Assembly (NCBI GenBank): GCA_964585945.1
Contig: CAZPGB010000019.1
Span: 29,159-93,158, forward strand
DNA length: 64,000 bases
Source of the DNA: an uncultured bacterium
Lineage (GTDB): Bacteria; Eisenbacteria; RBG-16-71-46; CAIMUX01; WJJG01
Direction of reading: 5' to 3'
Below are positions 46,002 to 55,240 of this stretch, piece by piece. Below the pieces are notes generated by a model. That model saw only the letters and a list, made by a program, of their open reading frames with translations. It was not told the DNA's origin and searched no databases. Within the stretch, counting starts at the first letter, position 1, and each line of letters begins with the position of its first letter. The position numbers and the translations under genes were made by a program.

Positions 46002-46865
46002 CTACGCCTCGGCCCAGAGCCGGACGAAGAGCTCGATCGATCCGGGGGCGTATCCGGCGAAGTGGTTGTTGAAGTAGGCGTAGACGCTGTCTTGACGCTC
46101 CAGCATCCGCCGCCCCAGCGCCACCCAGTCGCGCGTCTGGGCGCTGCGATCGACCAGCAGCTCGCCCCACTGCTTCTCGCGCCGGCCCGCTTCCTGCGCC
46201 TCGCGCACCAGCTTGTCCATCTGGCGGTGGTTGCCGAGGAAGCGGATGTAGCTGAACGGGCCGGTCACCGGATCGGGGCCGGCGAAGAGTCTGCCGGGGC
46301 CCGGCATGGTGTAGTAGGCCGTGAAGGCCAGGGTCGCCCCGTGCGCGCGCAGCAGGTCGAAGAGCGGCTCGGCCAGCCACTTGGCGTTGCGGACCTCGAC
46401 CACGAACGAATCACCGGCCGGGAGCTGCGGCAGGAAGCGTCCCAGGCGATCCAGGAACGACGCGCCGGTCTCGTACTCGTGCGGGTCCTTGCCCTTGGCC
46501 ACGTACGGAAACTGCAGCAGCAAGGGGCCGCGCTTCTCTCCCAGGGGCTCCAGGCGGCGCAAGAAGGCGTTCATCTCCGCGCTGCAGTTCTCGAGCGCCA
46601 ACTCGTGGGTGATCTTCTTGGGCACCTTCAGGCTGAAGATGAAGTCTTGCGGCACCTTTTGCGCCCAGCCCTCGACCGTGCGCTTCGACGGCATCGCGTA
46701 CCAGGTGGCGTCGATCTCCACCGTGGGGAAGGTCCGCGCGTAGTGCGCCAGAAACTCCCCCGGCTCCATCCCGGCCGGGTAGAAGCTGCCCCGCCAATCC
46801 GAGGAGCTGAAGGATGATGTGCCGACGCGCAGCCCCGGCGGCAGCGCCGAGAGATCCAAGTCCAT
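46002..46865 (-). CDS. DUF72 (YecE/UPF0759) family protein
   Basis: Start at MDLDLSALPPGLRVGTSSFSSSDW. DUF72 signature: GTSxxSxxxW...FYP...EIDxTxY. Confidence 0.7.
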   Translation of the reverse strand: MDLDLSALPPGLRVGTSSFSSSDWRGSFYPAGMEPGEFLAHYARTFPTVEIDATWYAMPSKRTVEGWAQKVPQDFIFSLKVPKKITHELALENCSAEMNAFLRRLEPLGEKRGPLLLQFPYVAKGKDPHEYETGASFLDRLGRFLPQLPAGDSFVVEVRNAKWLAEPLFDLLRAHGATLAFTAYYTMPGPGRLFAGPDPVTGPFSYIRFLGNHRQMDKLVREAQEAGRREKQWGELLVDRSAQTRDWVALGRRMLERQDSVYAYFNNHFAGYAPGSIELFVRLWAEA

Positions 46866-46920
46866 GATCCACACCCTCGCATCCCCGCGAAACCTCCCGC
46901 GGGGTGTGACTGTAGCCACA

Positions 46921-46966
46921 AGGGCCAGCGACCCTGATCGGCCAGGGCCAGTGACCCTGATCGGCC
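46921..46966. repeat. 23-bp direct tandem repeat x2 (AGGGCCAG[C/T]GACCCTGATCGGCC) in a divergent promoter region
   Basis: Seen directly, between the DUF72 start (46865, -) and the O-methyltransferase start (47122, +). Confidence 0.6.
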
Positions 46967-47121
46967 AGCTACGCCGATCACGTCGTGTGCGCCGTTACCC
47001 GGCCGGGCGTCCGGCGGTTCCTATCCGAGAGAGCGAGAGATCGCCTGTCCACCGGCGACCGTCCGGGATGGCCTTTCCGCCCGCGACCGGGCGGCATCTG
47101 TGTGAAAGGAGAAGCACCATC

Positions 47122-47820
47122 ATGTCGGGACACACCCTCGCGATGACCGATACGCTCCGTGAGTATCTCAACCGCGCCTGGCTGCGGGAACCCCCCATCC
47201 TGAGCCGGTTGCGCGAGGAGACCGCCGCCCTCGGGTCGGCGGCCAGCATGCAGATCGCCCCCGAGCAAGGCCAGTTGATGGCGTTGATCTTGGAGCTGAT
47301 CGGCGCCGAGCGGGTGCTGGAGATCGGCGCCTTCACGGGGTACAGCGCCCTGTCCATGGCCCGGGCGCTGCCGGAGCACGGACGGCTGATCACCTGCGAC
47401 GTCAGCGACGACTACACGCGCATCGCCCGGCGTTACTGGAAGGAGGCCGGGGTGGCCGATCGCATCGAGCTGCGCTTGGCTCCAGCCCGCGAGACGCTCA
47501 ATCAGCTCCTGGCACAGGGCGAGGCGGAGACCTTCGACGCCTGCTTCATCGACGCCGACAAGGAGAGCTACGAGGAATACTACGAGCTGGCCCTGCGTCT
47601 GGTGCGCCCGGGCGGACTGATCATGCTCGACAATGTCTTCTGGAGCGGCAGGGTGGCCGACCCCGAGGTTGACGACGACACCACCGCGGCGCTGCGCCGC
47701 ACCAACGCGCGGCTCCATGGCGACGAGCGGGTGACGCTGGCCGTCGTGCCGATCGCCGACGGCCTCACGCTGGCGCGGAAGCGCCCCGGGTCCGCACAGG
47801 GCGGGCCGGCACGAAGCTGA
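47122..47820 (+). CDS. Class I SAM-dependent O-methyltransferase (family 3, caffeoyl-CoA OMT-like)
   Basis: AAAGGAGAAG RBS. Motifs: VLEIGAFTGYSALSMA...ITCDVS...FDACFIDADKESYEEYYELALRLVRPGGLIMLDNVFWSG. Confidence 0.85.
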   Translation: MSGHTLAMTDTLREYLNRAWLREPPILSRLREETAALGSAASMQIAPEQGQLMALILELIGAERVLEIGAFTGYSALSMARALPEHGRLITCDVSDDYTRIARRYWKEAGVADRIELRLAPARETLNQLLAQGEAETFDACFIDADKESYEEYYELALRLVRPGGLIMLDNVFWSGRVADPEVDDDTTAALRRTNARLHGDERVTLAVVPIADGLTLARKRPGSAQGGPARS

Positions 47821-48868
47821 CATTCATCCGCGGGCCGGCCAGGGCCCGGAGCGTCGCCGCGGATGGCCAGGCGCCGTTCAAGCCATCGGCCGACCTGGGG
47901 CCACGCACCTGCACGATGCTGTCGGGCTCCAGCTCTCGCAGGCGACGGCGCAGCCGCTCGATCGCGGGCGACCCGTCTCGATCCACCGGCATCGACACGA
48001 TGTGCATCGGGCGGCTGTGCAACGGGTGCATGCGCACCTCGTCCAAACGTCCGCCGTTGCCGGCACCGCGCACGAAGCGCAGCGTGAGGACGCCCTTGGT
48101 CTCCCCCCGCTCCGCGAAGGACGTCCTCTGCGTGGAGCCCGCAAAACAGACCGGCGCCGCCAGGGGACGCCCGCGCCGATCGGAGCGCAGCACCTGCCCG
48201 CGGTGCAGATGCCCCGCCAGCACCGCCGCGAACCCGGCCGGCAGGCTCGCGGCCGGTACAACGTCGGGGGCATTGCCGAAACGGTATCCGTGGAGTCCCA
48301 CGGCGGCGCCCTCGATGAGCTGGTGCATGCAGAGCAGGCGCACGTCGGCCGGGATGTCGAGGGCGCCCGTCGCGCGCACCAGTCGGCCGAAGTGCCGGCG
48401 CAGGTCGAGCCGACTGTAGGGAAAGCCGCCCACGGCCACAGCCTGTCCGCGGATCGTGAGGCGGATCGTCCGCGGATGGTCGCAGACGTGCACGCCCGGC
48501 CGGTTCCACAGCAGCGGATAGGGCATAGCCGAGCGCTCGTGGTTGCCCGGAACGATGATGATCGGCACACGGCGCGCCACGGCTCCGAGACGGTCGATGA
48601 CACCGGCCGCCAAACCGATCGGGACCCGGCTGCGATAGAAGAGGTCCCCGCCGTGCACGATCAGATCGACCCGCGCGCGGACGGCGATGTCGAAGGCCCG
48701 CTCCAAGCTCTCGGTGAACTCCACGCCCCGACGCCGGCGTGCAATCCTCGCGCAGCGGGGGGTGTCGAACCCGAGATGGGTGTCCGAGAGAAAGAGCACC
48801 CGCACGGACGCGTCCGGCCCCACCGGTGACGACGCCCCACCGCACACCGACACGCATCGCGGCGCCAT
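47765..48868 (-). CDS. Calcineurin-like metallophosphoesterase (SbcD/Mre11-like DNA-repair exonuclease family)
   Basis: Motifs: VLFLSDTHLG, DLIVHGGDLF, IIVPGNHE. The gene follows the DnaQ/GIY-YIG gene with no gap (a tight coupling arrangement). Confidence 0.65.
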   Translation of the reverse strand: MAPRCVSVCGGASSPVGPDASVRVLFLSDTHLGFDTPRCARIARRRRGVEFTESLERAFDIAVRARVDLIVHGGDLFYRSRVPIGLAAGVIDRLGAVARRVPIIIVPGNHERSAMPYPLLWNRPGVHVCDHPRTIRLTIRGQAVAVGGFPYSRLDLRRHFGRLVRATGALDIPADVRLLCMHQLIEGAAVGLHGYRFGNAPDVVPAASLPAGFAAVLAGHLHRGQVLRSDRRGRPLAAPVCFAGSTQRTSFAERGETKGVLTLRFVRGAGNGGRLDEVRMHPLHSRPMHIVSMPVDRDGSPAIERLRRRLRELEPDSIVQVRGPRSADGLNGAWPSAATLRALAGPRMNVSFVPARPVRTRGASAPA

Positions 48869-48870
48869 GC

Positions 48871-50712
48871 TCAACACCTCGCCAGGAGCGAGCGCAAGGC
48901 GTCGCCGTGAAGCCGCAGGCCGGGGCTCAGAAGAAGCTCCACCTCACGGCCTTGGCTGGTGAGACGGCGCATCTCGGTCATCAGAACGCGCAGCCGGTTG
49001 TAGGTGAGCCGGTCGAAGGCCGCCAGCCGATCCAGGCGCGATGGGAAGCCTTCCCGTAGCGCATCGCTTCCCCTACCCTCGAGAGCATCGACCTCTGCGA
49101 TCGCGCCCCCTCGAATCGACAGGGTCCGCGGCGCGTCCTGCCCCTCCGGCGCGTCCGGCGCGTCCGGCGCCTCCGGCGGCGGATTCCACCGGAGCACCGA
49201 CTCGCTCAGCAGCGCCAGCAGGCGTGCCCGGCTGCGAAGCCGCGCCGCGTGCACCAGGAGGTGTTCGAGACCGTCGGCCACCTCGGCGGGCTCCAGCGGG
49301 GCGATCTCCGCCGCCGCCTCCTCGTCGGCCGGTCCCTCTTCGAGCCGCGGATCGACGCTCTCCGCCTCCGTCGCGCCGCTGGAAACCGCACGCGCCGCTT
49401 CGAGCTGCTCGGTTACGCGGGCCGTCAGCAGGACCGCGCCTGCCTGCATGAGAAAGGGCGCGTCCCACCGCCCCGCGGTCAGATCGCGGTGACGTTCGCG
49501 CAGCAGGTCGCACCCGTGGCGCAACGCCTGGGTCTCCAAGCGTCGCGGATCGAGCATGAGTTGCCGCGCGGTCCCGGGAAGATCGCTGAGCCGGCGCCGC
49601 GGGGCGCGCAGCAGATCGGCCAGCACGCGGACGGCCGCGAGTGTTTCGCGGCCGGGCAACGGCCCCAGGGAGTGCCGCTCATCGGGAGATTCGCGCCAGC
49701 TCGTCAGATCACGGCTGCAGAACCAGACCCCCTGGCCTTGGTCCCGCAGGGCGCGGTTGTAGGGCGGATCGAAACGGTGGATCTGTTCCACCTCGAGCAG
49801 AGCGGCCTCCAGGGCGCTTCGGGTGCAGGATGCTTGCACGTCGTGGGCGCGGGTGACCAGCTCGAGCAGCTTCTCCTCGCACCGCCGTTTGCGGTAGTAG
49901 CTGTTCACCCGCTTGCGCAGCGAGGTGGCCTTGCCCACGTAGAGCACCTCGCTCGACCGGCTCAGGAACCGGTACACACCCGGCTGGTCAGGCAGCCCGA
50001 GCCGCGTCTCCCGGGCGAGGGGGTATCGCCAGCGGGTCGCGCGCGCCGGGGGCTTCCCCGCCAGCAGCGGCAGCAGCTCATCGAGCATGCGGATGCCGCG
50101 CTCGCGCTCGAGCTGCGCGACCAGGCGCGCCCAGAGACCCGCCTGCGCCGCCACGTGGTCTGCGGCCCGCTTCAGCTCCGGCACCGGAAGGTCGAAGTAG
50201 CCGGCGAGCGCGCGCAGACCGCGCCGGGGAAGGTCCGGAAAGAGCCGGCGGGCGATCTCGTGCGTGCAGAGCCATTGCAGTGGAAAGCGTCTCCGCGGGT
50301 CGCACTCCGCATGGAGGTGGCGGAGGAACTGGTCCTCGAAGCGGGCGAAGTGGGCGACCGCCGCCACCGGGCGACCCCGGCCGGTGGCGGCTCGGCGCAA
50401 GAGCCGCCACGCGCTCCCCCGGGCGACCGCCGCGCCCAAATCCGCGTCGCGCAGTCCGGTCAGCCGGGTGATCGCGCGCGGGATCCCGGCTCCCGGCGGC
50501 AGGGCCACCAGATGGCTCTCGATCGCGGGCCGGTTCCGGCTCCAGGAGGCCGCGCTCGTGCGGGTCCAGCCGATCTCGAGGAGGTGCCCGCGCTGGGGAT
50601 TGGCGCCGGTCGTCTGGCAGTCGACGACCAGAACCGGTGCGTGCCTCAGGTTGCCATCCACGACGTCCTCCGCCCAGCGCGAGCCCCTCGCTGGTGCAGG
50701 ATGACTGAACAT
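48871..50712 (-). CDS. DnaQ-like 3'-5' exonuclease domain fused to GIY-YIG nuclease domain (Rv2191-like architecture)
   Basis: Start at MFSHPAPARGSRW. DEDD exonuclease motif: VLVVDCQTTGANPQRGHLLEIGW. GIY-YIG motif: QPGVYRFLSRSSEVLYVGKATSLRKRVNSYY. Confidence 0.7.
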   Translation of the reverse strand: MFSHPAPARGSRWAEDVVDGNLRHAPVLVVDCQTTGANPQRGHLLEIGWTRTSAASWSRNRPAIESHLVALPPGAGIPRAITRLTGLRDADLGAAVARGSAWRLLRRAATGRGRPVAAVAHFARFEDQFLRHLHAECDPRRRFPLQWLCTHEIARRLFPDLPRRGLRALAGYFDLPVPELKRAADHVAAQAGLWARLVAQLERERGIRMLDELLPLLAGKPPARATRWRYPLARETRLGLPDQPGVYRFLSRSSEVLYVGKATSLRKRVNSYYRKRRCEEKLLELVTRAHDVQASCTRSALEAALLEVEQIHRFDPPYNRALRDQGQGVWFCSRDLTSWRESPDERHSLGPLPGRETLAAVRVLADLLRAPRRRLSDLPGTARQLMLDPRRLETQALRHGCDLLRERHRDLTAGRWDAPFLMQAGAVLLTARVTEQLEAARAVSSGATEAESVDPRLEEGPADEEAAAEIAPLEPAEVADGLEHLLVHAARLRSRARLLALLSESVLRWNPPPEAPDAPDAPEGQDAPRTLSIRGGAIAEVDALEGRGSDALREGFPSRLDRLAAFDRLTYNRLRVLMTEMRRLTSQGREVELLLSPGLRLHGDALRSLLARC

Positions 50713-50719
50713 TTGTTCA
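50704..50719. promoter_or_regulatory. Candidate LexA (Cheo-type) SOS box, CTGAACA-TT-TGTTCAG, overlapping the start codon of the exonuclease/GIY-YIG gene
   Basis: Perfect 7+2+7 palindrome containing GAAC-N4-GTTC. The ATG (50712..50710, minus) lies inside it. Confidence 0.4.
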
Positions 50720-50758
50720 GTGTCAAGAAGGCGGTGGGCGTCGCGCTGTCGTCGCCGG

Positions 50759-51634
50759 CTACAGCCAGAGCGGCTCCAGGCCCGGCCCCGAGGCGTCGAG
50801 TCTTCCGGAATCACGCAGGGCGTCGAGCTCGGCCACCAGCCGCTCCTGATCCCGTGGAAACCGGCCGGCCAGGGGCACGACATTGGACACATGATTGGCC
50901 CGGAAGAGTGTGCGGTGCAGGTCCAGGTGCGACACCAGCTCGCGGAGCTCCTGTACGGCCTCCAGCTCCGTGAGTTGCTGAAATGAGCCGCCCGCGATGG
51001 CGTGCATGAGCGGCGTCCCGGGAACCGGGATGTAGCGAAGCGCCGCCAGGAAAGCCGGCTGCATGCCGTTGACCGCTTCGGCGGTGGCGACCGCGTGCAC
51101 GCGCGACCGTTGGCGACCGGCCAGGCCGGTCAGCACCATCACCGACATGCGCAATCCCGCGGCCTGGGCGCGCTGGGCGGCGAAGATCATCTCCGAGGCG
51201 CGATCGCACTTTCCCACGCGCGACAATGTTTCCTGGTCCCCGCTCTCGAGCCCCATGTAGAGGGTGTGCAAGCGTGCAGCGCGCAGACGGCGGAGCTGCG
51301 CGTCGGACTTGGACAGGATGGAACGACCGTTGGCGTAGAGGCTCACGCGGGCCAGGCGAGGCAGCCGGGCGGCGAGACGATCCAGGATGCGGCCCAGCCG
51401 TTCGTAGGAGAAGGCCATCACGTCACCGTCGGCCAGAAAGACACGCGCAGCGGCCGGATCGCTCATGGCGGCCTGGTCGATGGCTCGATCGATCTCCTCG
51501 GACGTGTGGGCCCGATAGCGGACCGACTTGTACATGCCGCAGAAGGTGCACCCGTTATGCGGGCACCCATCGGCAACGCGCAGGATGAGGCTGTCGGCCT
51601 CCGATGGGGGGCGGAACATGGGCAACTCTTGCAT
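50759..51634 (-). CDS. Radical SAM domain protein (Cys motif CPHNGCTFC, Cx4Cx2C spacing)
   Basis: Cys-rich motif at residues ~23-31, followed by Gly-rich SAM-binding and TIM-barrel-like segments. Function unknown. Confidence 0.6.
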   Translation of the reverse strand: MQELPMFRPPSEADSLILRVADGCPHNGCTFCGMYKSVRYRAHTSEEIDRAIDQAAMSDPAAARVFLADGDVMAFSYERLGRILDRLAARLPRLARVSLYANGRSILSKSDAQLRRLRAARLHTLYMGLESGDQETLSRVGKCDRASEMIFAAQRAQAAGLRMSVMVLTGLAGRQRSRVHAVATAEAVNGMQPAFLAALRYIPVPGTPLMHAIAGGSFQQLTELEAVQELRELVSHLDLHRTLFRANHVSNVVPLAGRFPRDQERLVAELDALRDSGRLDASGPGLEPLWL

Positions 51635-51731
51635 CCGGGGGACCTCCAGCCCTTCCGTGACATCCGAGCCGCGCCCACACCGGCCGTGGCCGGAGCGCTC
51701 GGCACTGAAGTCGGCGCGGTCGAGTGCGTGA

Positions 51732-53192
51732 TTAGGCGTAGGGTAGCGCGTCGCGGGAGGGTGCGGTAGCGGTAGTGTCCGGCGGATCTTCAGCAGCGAA
51801 CTCTCGTGCCAGGTCCTGATCGTCCGCCAGACTCAGGTAGAAGGTCGATCCCTTTCCGGGCGCCGAGTCGACCCAGATGCGGCCCCCGTGGGTCTCGGCG
51901 ATGCGGCGCACGATCGCCAATCCGACGCCGCTGCCGGAAGCCTGCTCCCGGCTTGCACGGGCCCGGTAGAACATCTGGAAGATGCGCTCGTGCTCCTCGG
52001 CGGGCAGCCCGGCCCCGTTGTCCCGCACGTAGAACCGGCCCCGTTGCGGTTCCCAGCCCACCTCCACCCAGCCGGCCCGCCCCGCGGGCATGTACTTGAT
52101 CGCGTTGTCAATCAGGTTGGTGAAAAGCTGGCCCAGCCGCAACCGGTCGCCGCGCACGCTGGGCAGCCGACCCGCGATGCCCAGCCGGATCCCCCGGGCC
52201 GCCGCCGCGGGCTCCAGGTCGGCCAGCACCTCGCGCACGAGGGCATTCAGCTCCACCCGTTCCCGCAGCTCGTCTCGGCGACCCACGCGCGACAGCTCCA
52301 ACAGATCTCCGAGGAGGGCCTCCATCTGACGGGCATTGTGGACAATCCGCTCCAGGTGCCTCTTCTCACGCGCCTGAAGCCGCTCGCGCGCCTGATCCTC
52401 AAGGAGCTGGGCGAACCCGGCCACCGCGATGATCGGGGCCTTCAGGTCGTGCGACACCATGTAGAAGAACTCCTCGAGCTCCTTCTGCTTGGCCTGCAGC
52501 GATCGGTAGGCGCTCTCCAGGCGCCGCGAGTAGCGGCGCACTTCCTGTTCGTGGGTCTTGTGGTCGGTGATGTCGTAGGAGAGCTCCAGACGCACCGTCC
52601 GACCGTCCGGCCAGAGGATCGGACGGTTGACCATCTGGAACCACCGCTCGCCCCCACGGGCGGACACCTCCCATTCCTGGGTCGATTCGTCCGCGCGCTT
52701 CGGATGGGTGCACGGACAGTGTTCGCAGGGACTGCGGCGACCGTGAATCGCTTCAAAGCACCTCCGCCCCTGCAGGGGCCCCAGTGACGATTCGGCCGGG
52801 GCGTTGGCGAAGAGGATCTGGTGGGTGGTCGGATCGATGACGTAGGCCGGCTCGCCTAAGCTGTCGAGCACAGTCCGTAGCTGTTCCACCTCATGCTCCA
52901 GGTGCTGCTCGTGGCGCCGCAGTTCCAGGAACAGAGGCTTGACGAGGGCCAGCCCCAGGCAGAGCAGCAGCGAGGTGGCCAGCGCGATGATCTCGCTGAC
53001 AGGGTCGAGCGCGGATGGGCTTCCCGCCGCGAGCATCTGCTGCAGATGCACGCCGCGGCGGACGGCCATGAGCGACACGCCCAGGGCGATGAGCAGCCAG
53101 GCGGCCTGGTGGCGGGTCAGCCGCAGGAGGCGCAGGCTGAGCCCCACCGCCAGTCCCTGCAACAGCACCGACAGCGCAACGACGACCCACAT
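51732..53192 (-). CDS. Sensor histidine kinase (TM helices + PAS-like region + HisKA + HATPase_c)
   Basis: H-box: MVSHDLKAPI. N-box: LIDNAIKYM. G-boxes: DNGAGLP...GSGVGLAIV. Confidence 0.8.
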   Translation of the reverse strand: MWVVVALSVLLQGLAVGLSLRLLRLTRHQAAWLLIALGVSLMAVRRGVHLQQMLAAGSPSALDPVSEIIALATSLLLCLGLALVKPLFLELRRHEQHLEHEVEQLRTVLDSLGEPAYVIDPTTHQILFANAPAESSLGPLQGRRCFEAIHGRRSPCEHCPCTHPKRADESTQEWEVSARGGERWFQMVNRPILWPDGRTVRLELSYDITDHKTHEQEVRRYSRRLESAYRSLQAKQKELEEFFYMVSHDLKAPIIAVAGFAQLLEDQARERLQAREKRHLERIVHNARQMEALLGDLLELSRVGRRDELRERVELNALVREVLADLEPAAAARGIRLGIAGRLPSVRGDRLRLGQLFTNLIDNAIKYMPAGRAGWVEVGWEPQRGRFYVRDNGAGLPAEEHERIFQMFYRARASREQASGSGVGLAIVRRIAETHGGRIWVDSAPGKGSTFYLSLADDQDLAREFAAEDPPDTTATAPSRDALPYA

Positions 53193-53552
53193 GATCCTTG
53201 CTCTTCCCAGACTGGGACGTCCGCCGGAGGCCTTGCCGCCCGGCTTCCGACCCCCTGCGAACGCTTCAATGGACCTCTGCTGGACCTATCGGCAGGCCCG
53301 CGACCGCGATTGCGCAGTTGTTGTCGGCGGGGCGCCGCGGCCGCTACGCTCCGACCCTGGGCGGACGGGGCCCAGCAAACGACAACGGGACGGGAACTCG
53401 GACGTGCCCCAGACGTTCAAATTCGCGAGTACCTGTGATGGTAGTCCCAAGATCTTTTCCAGCCGCGAGTTGGGCGGCGGGAAGCGCCGCGCCGGACGAC
53501 GGTTGACCGCCAGGTGCCGTCGCGGCGGGGTGGGAGCCGACGGAGGTGGAAT

Positions 53553-55184
53553 GTGGATGAGGCGATCTTCACGCTCTCGACGCCGGAGAACGAGCCGGTG
53601 CGGGAGTACGCACCCGGCAGTTCCGAGCGGACGGAGCTGAAGGCCAAGCTCGAGGAGCTCGCGGGAGAGCAGATCGAGATCCCCCTGATCATCGGCGGCA
53701 AGGAGGTCCGCACGGGCCGCACGGCTCAGTGCGTCATGCCGCACGACCACGGACACGTGTTGGCCACCTACCACCTGGCGGGTCCGAACGAGGTCGACCA
53801 GGCGATCGCGGCGGCGCGGGCGGCCTGGTACGAGTGGCCCAAGCTTCCTTGGCCCGAGCGCGTCTCGGTCTTCCTGAAGGCGGCCGAGCTCCTCAGCGGA
53901 CCCCGCCGGGCCGAGGTGAACGCGGCCACCATGCTGGGCATCAGCAAGAACGTCCAGCAGGCCGAAATCGACTCGGCCTGCGAGCTGATCGATTTCTTCC
54001 GCTTCAACGCCCACTTCATGGATGGGATCTACTCGCATCAGCCCGAGTCCTCGCTCGGAATCTGGGACCGCCTGGAATGGCGTCCGCTGGAGGGCTTCGT
54101 CTTCGCGGCGACGCCGTTCAACTTCACGTCCATCGCCGGCAACCTGCCATCCGCCCCGGCCATGATGGGCAACACGGTCATCTGGAAGCCCGCCTCCAGC
54201 GCGGTCTACTCCGCGTACTACGTCATGCGTCTGCTGATCGAGGCGGGCTTGCCCCCAGGCGTGATCAACTTCCTGCCGGGACCCGGCCGCGTGGTGGGCG
54301 AACCGGTCCTCAACCATCCGGAGCTGGCCGGCATCCACTTCACCGGTTCCACCGACACCTTCCGCGGCATGTGGCGGACGGTGGGGGCCAACATCGCCGC
54401 CTACCACTCCTACCCGCGCATCGTCGGCGAGACGGGCGGCAAGGACTTCGTCTTCGCCCATCCTTCGGCCGACGTGCAGTCGCTCGTGGTGGCGCTGGTG
54501 CGCGGGGCCTTCGAGTACCAAGGCCAGAAGTGCTCCGCGGCCAGCCGCGCCTACATTCCCGAGAGCCTCTGGCCCGAGGTGGAAGGGCGCCTGGTCGCGG
54601 CGGTCGAGGCGATTCGGCAGGGCGATCCGCGAGACTTCCGCAATCTGATGTGCGCGGTCATCGACCAGCAGGCCTACGAGAACATCACCGGCTACATCCG
54701 GCTTGCGCAGGACTCGCCCGACGTCGAGATCCTGTCGGGCGGGGTGGGTGACAGCTCGCAAGGGTACTTCATCCCCCCCACCCTGGTGCACACGCGCGAT
54801 CCCCGCCACACGCTGATGGCAGAGGAGATCTTCGGACCCGTCCTGACGGTCTACCGGTACCCGGACCAGGCCTACGAGGAAACCCTGGAGCTGTGCGACA
54901 AGACCTCGCCCTACGCGCTGACCGGTGCGGTCTTCGCGCGCGACCGCTACGCGATCATGACGGCGCATCGCAAGCTCCGCTACGCGGCCGGCAACTTCTA
55001 CGTCAACGACAAGCCGACCGGTGCCGTGGTGGGCATGCAGCCTTTCGGCGGCGCGCGCGCCAGCGGCACGAACGACAAGTCCGGGTCGATGCTCAATCTG
55101 CTGCGGTGGGTCAACCCGCGCACCATCAAAGAGACCTTCGTGCCGCCCACCAAGGTCGACTATCCTCACATGGGCGCCGAGTAG
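53553..55184 (+). CDS. pruA: 1-pyrroline-5-carboxylate (glutamate-gamma-semialdehyde) dehydrogenase, single-domain ALDH4-type
   Basis: GTG start with a GGAGGT RBS. ALDH motifs: FTGSTDTFRGM...GETGGKDF...EYQGQKCSAASR (catalytic Cys). The N-terminus LSTPENEPVREYAPGS is typical of RocA/PruA. Confidence 0.8.
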   Translation: MDEAIFTLSTPENEPVREYAPGSSERTELKAKLEELAGEQIEIPLIIGGKEVRTGRTAQCVMPHDHGHVLATYHLAGPNEVDQAIAAARAAWYEWPKLPWPERVSVFLKAAELLSGPRRAEVNAATMLGISKNVQQAEIDSACELIDFFRFNAHFMDGIYSHQPESSLGIWDRLEWRPLEGFVFAATPFNFTSIAGNLPSAPAMMGNTVIWKPASSAVYSAYYVMRLLIEAGLPPGVINFLPGPGRVVGEPVLNHPELAGIHFTGSTDTFRGMWRTVGANIAAYHSYPRIVGETGGKDFVFAHPSADVQSLVVALVRGAFEYQGQKCSAASRAYIPESLWPEVEGRLVAAVEAIRQGDPRDFRNLMCAVIDQQAYENITGYIRLAQDSPDVEILSGGVGDSSQGYFIPPTLVHTRDPRHTLMAEEIFGPVLTVYRYPDQAYEETLELCDKTSPYALTGAVFARDRYAIMTAHRKLRYAAGNFYVNDKPTGAVVGMQPFGGARASGTNDKSGSMLNLLRWVNPRTIKETFVPPTKVDYPHMGAE

Positions 55185-55240
55185 TCCCGCCCGGCGGGCC
55201 TCCTCGGTAAGGACCTGTGCTGGAAACCTGCGGGGCGACC

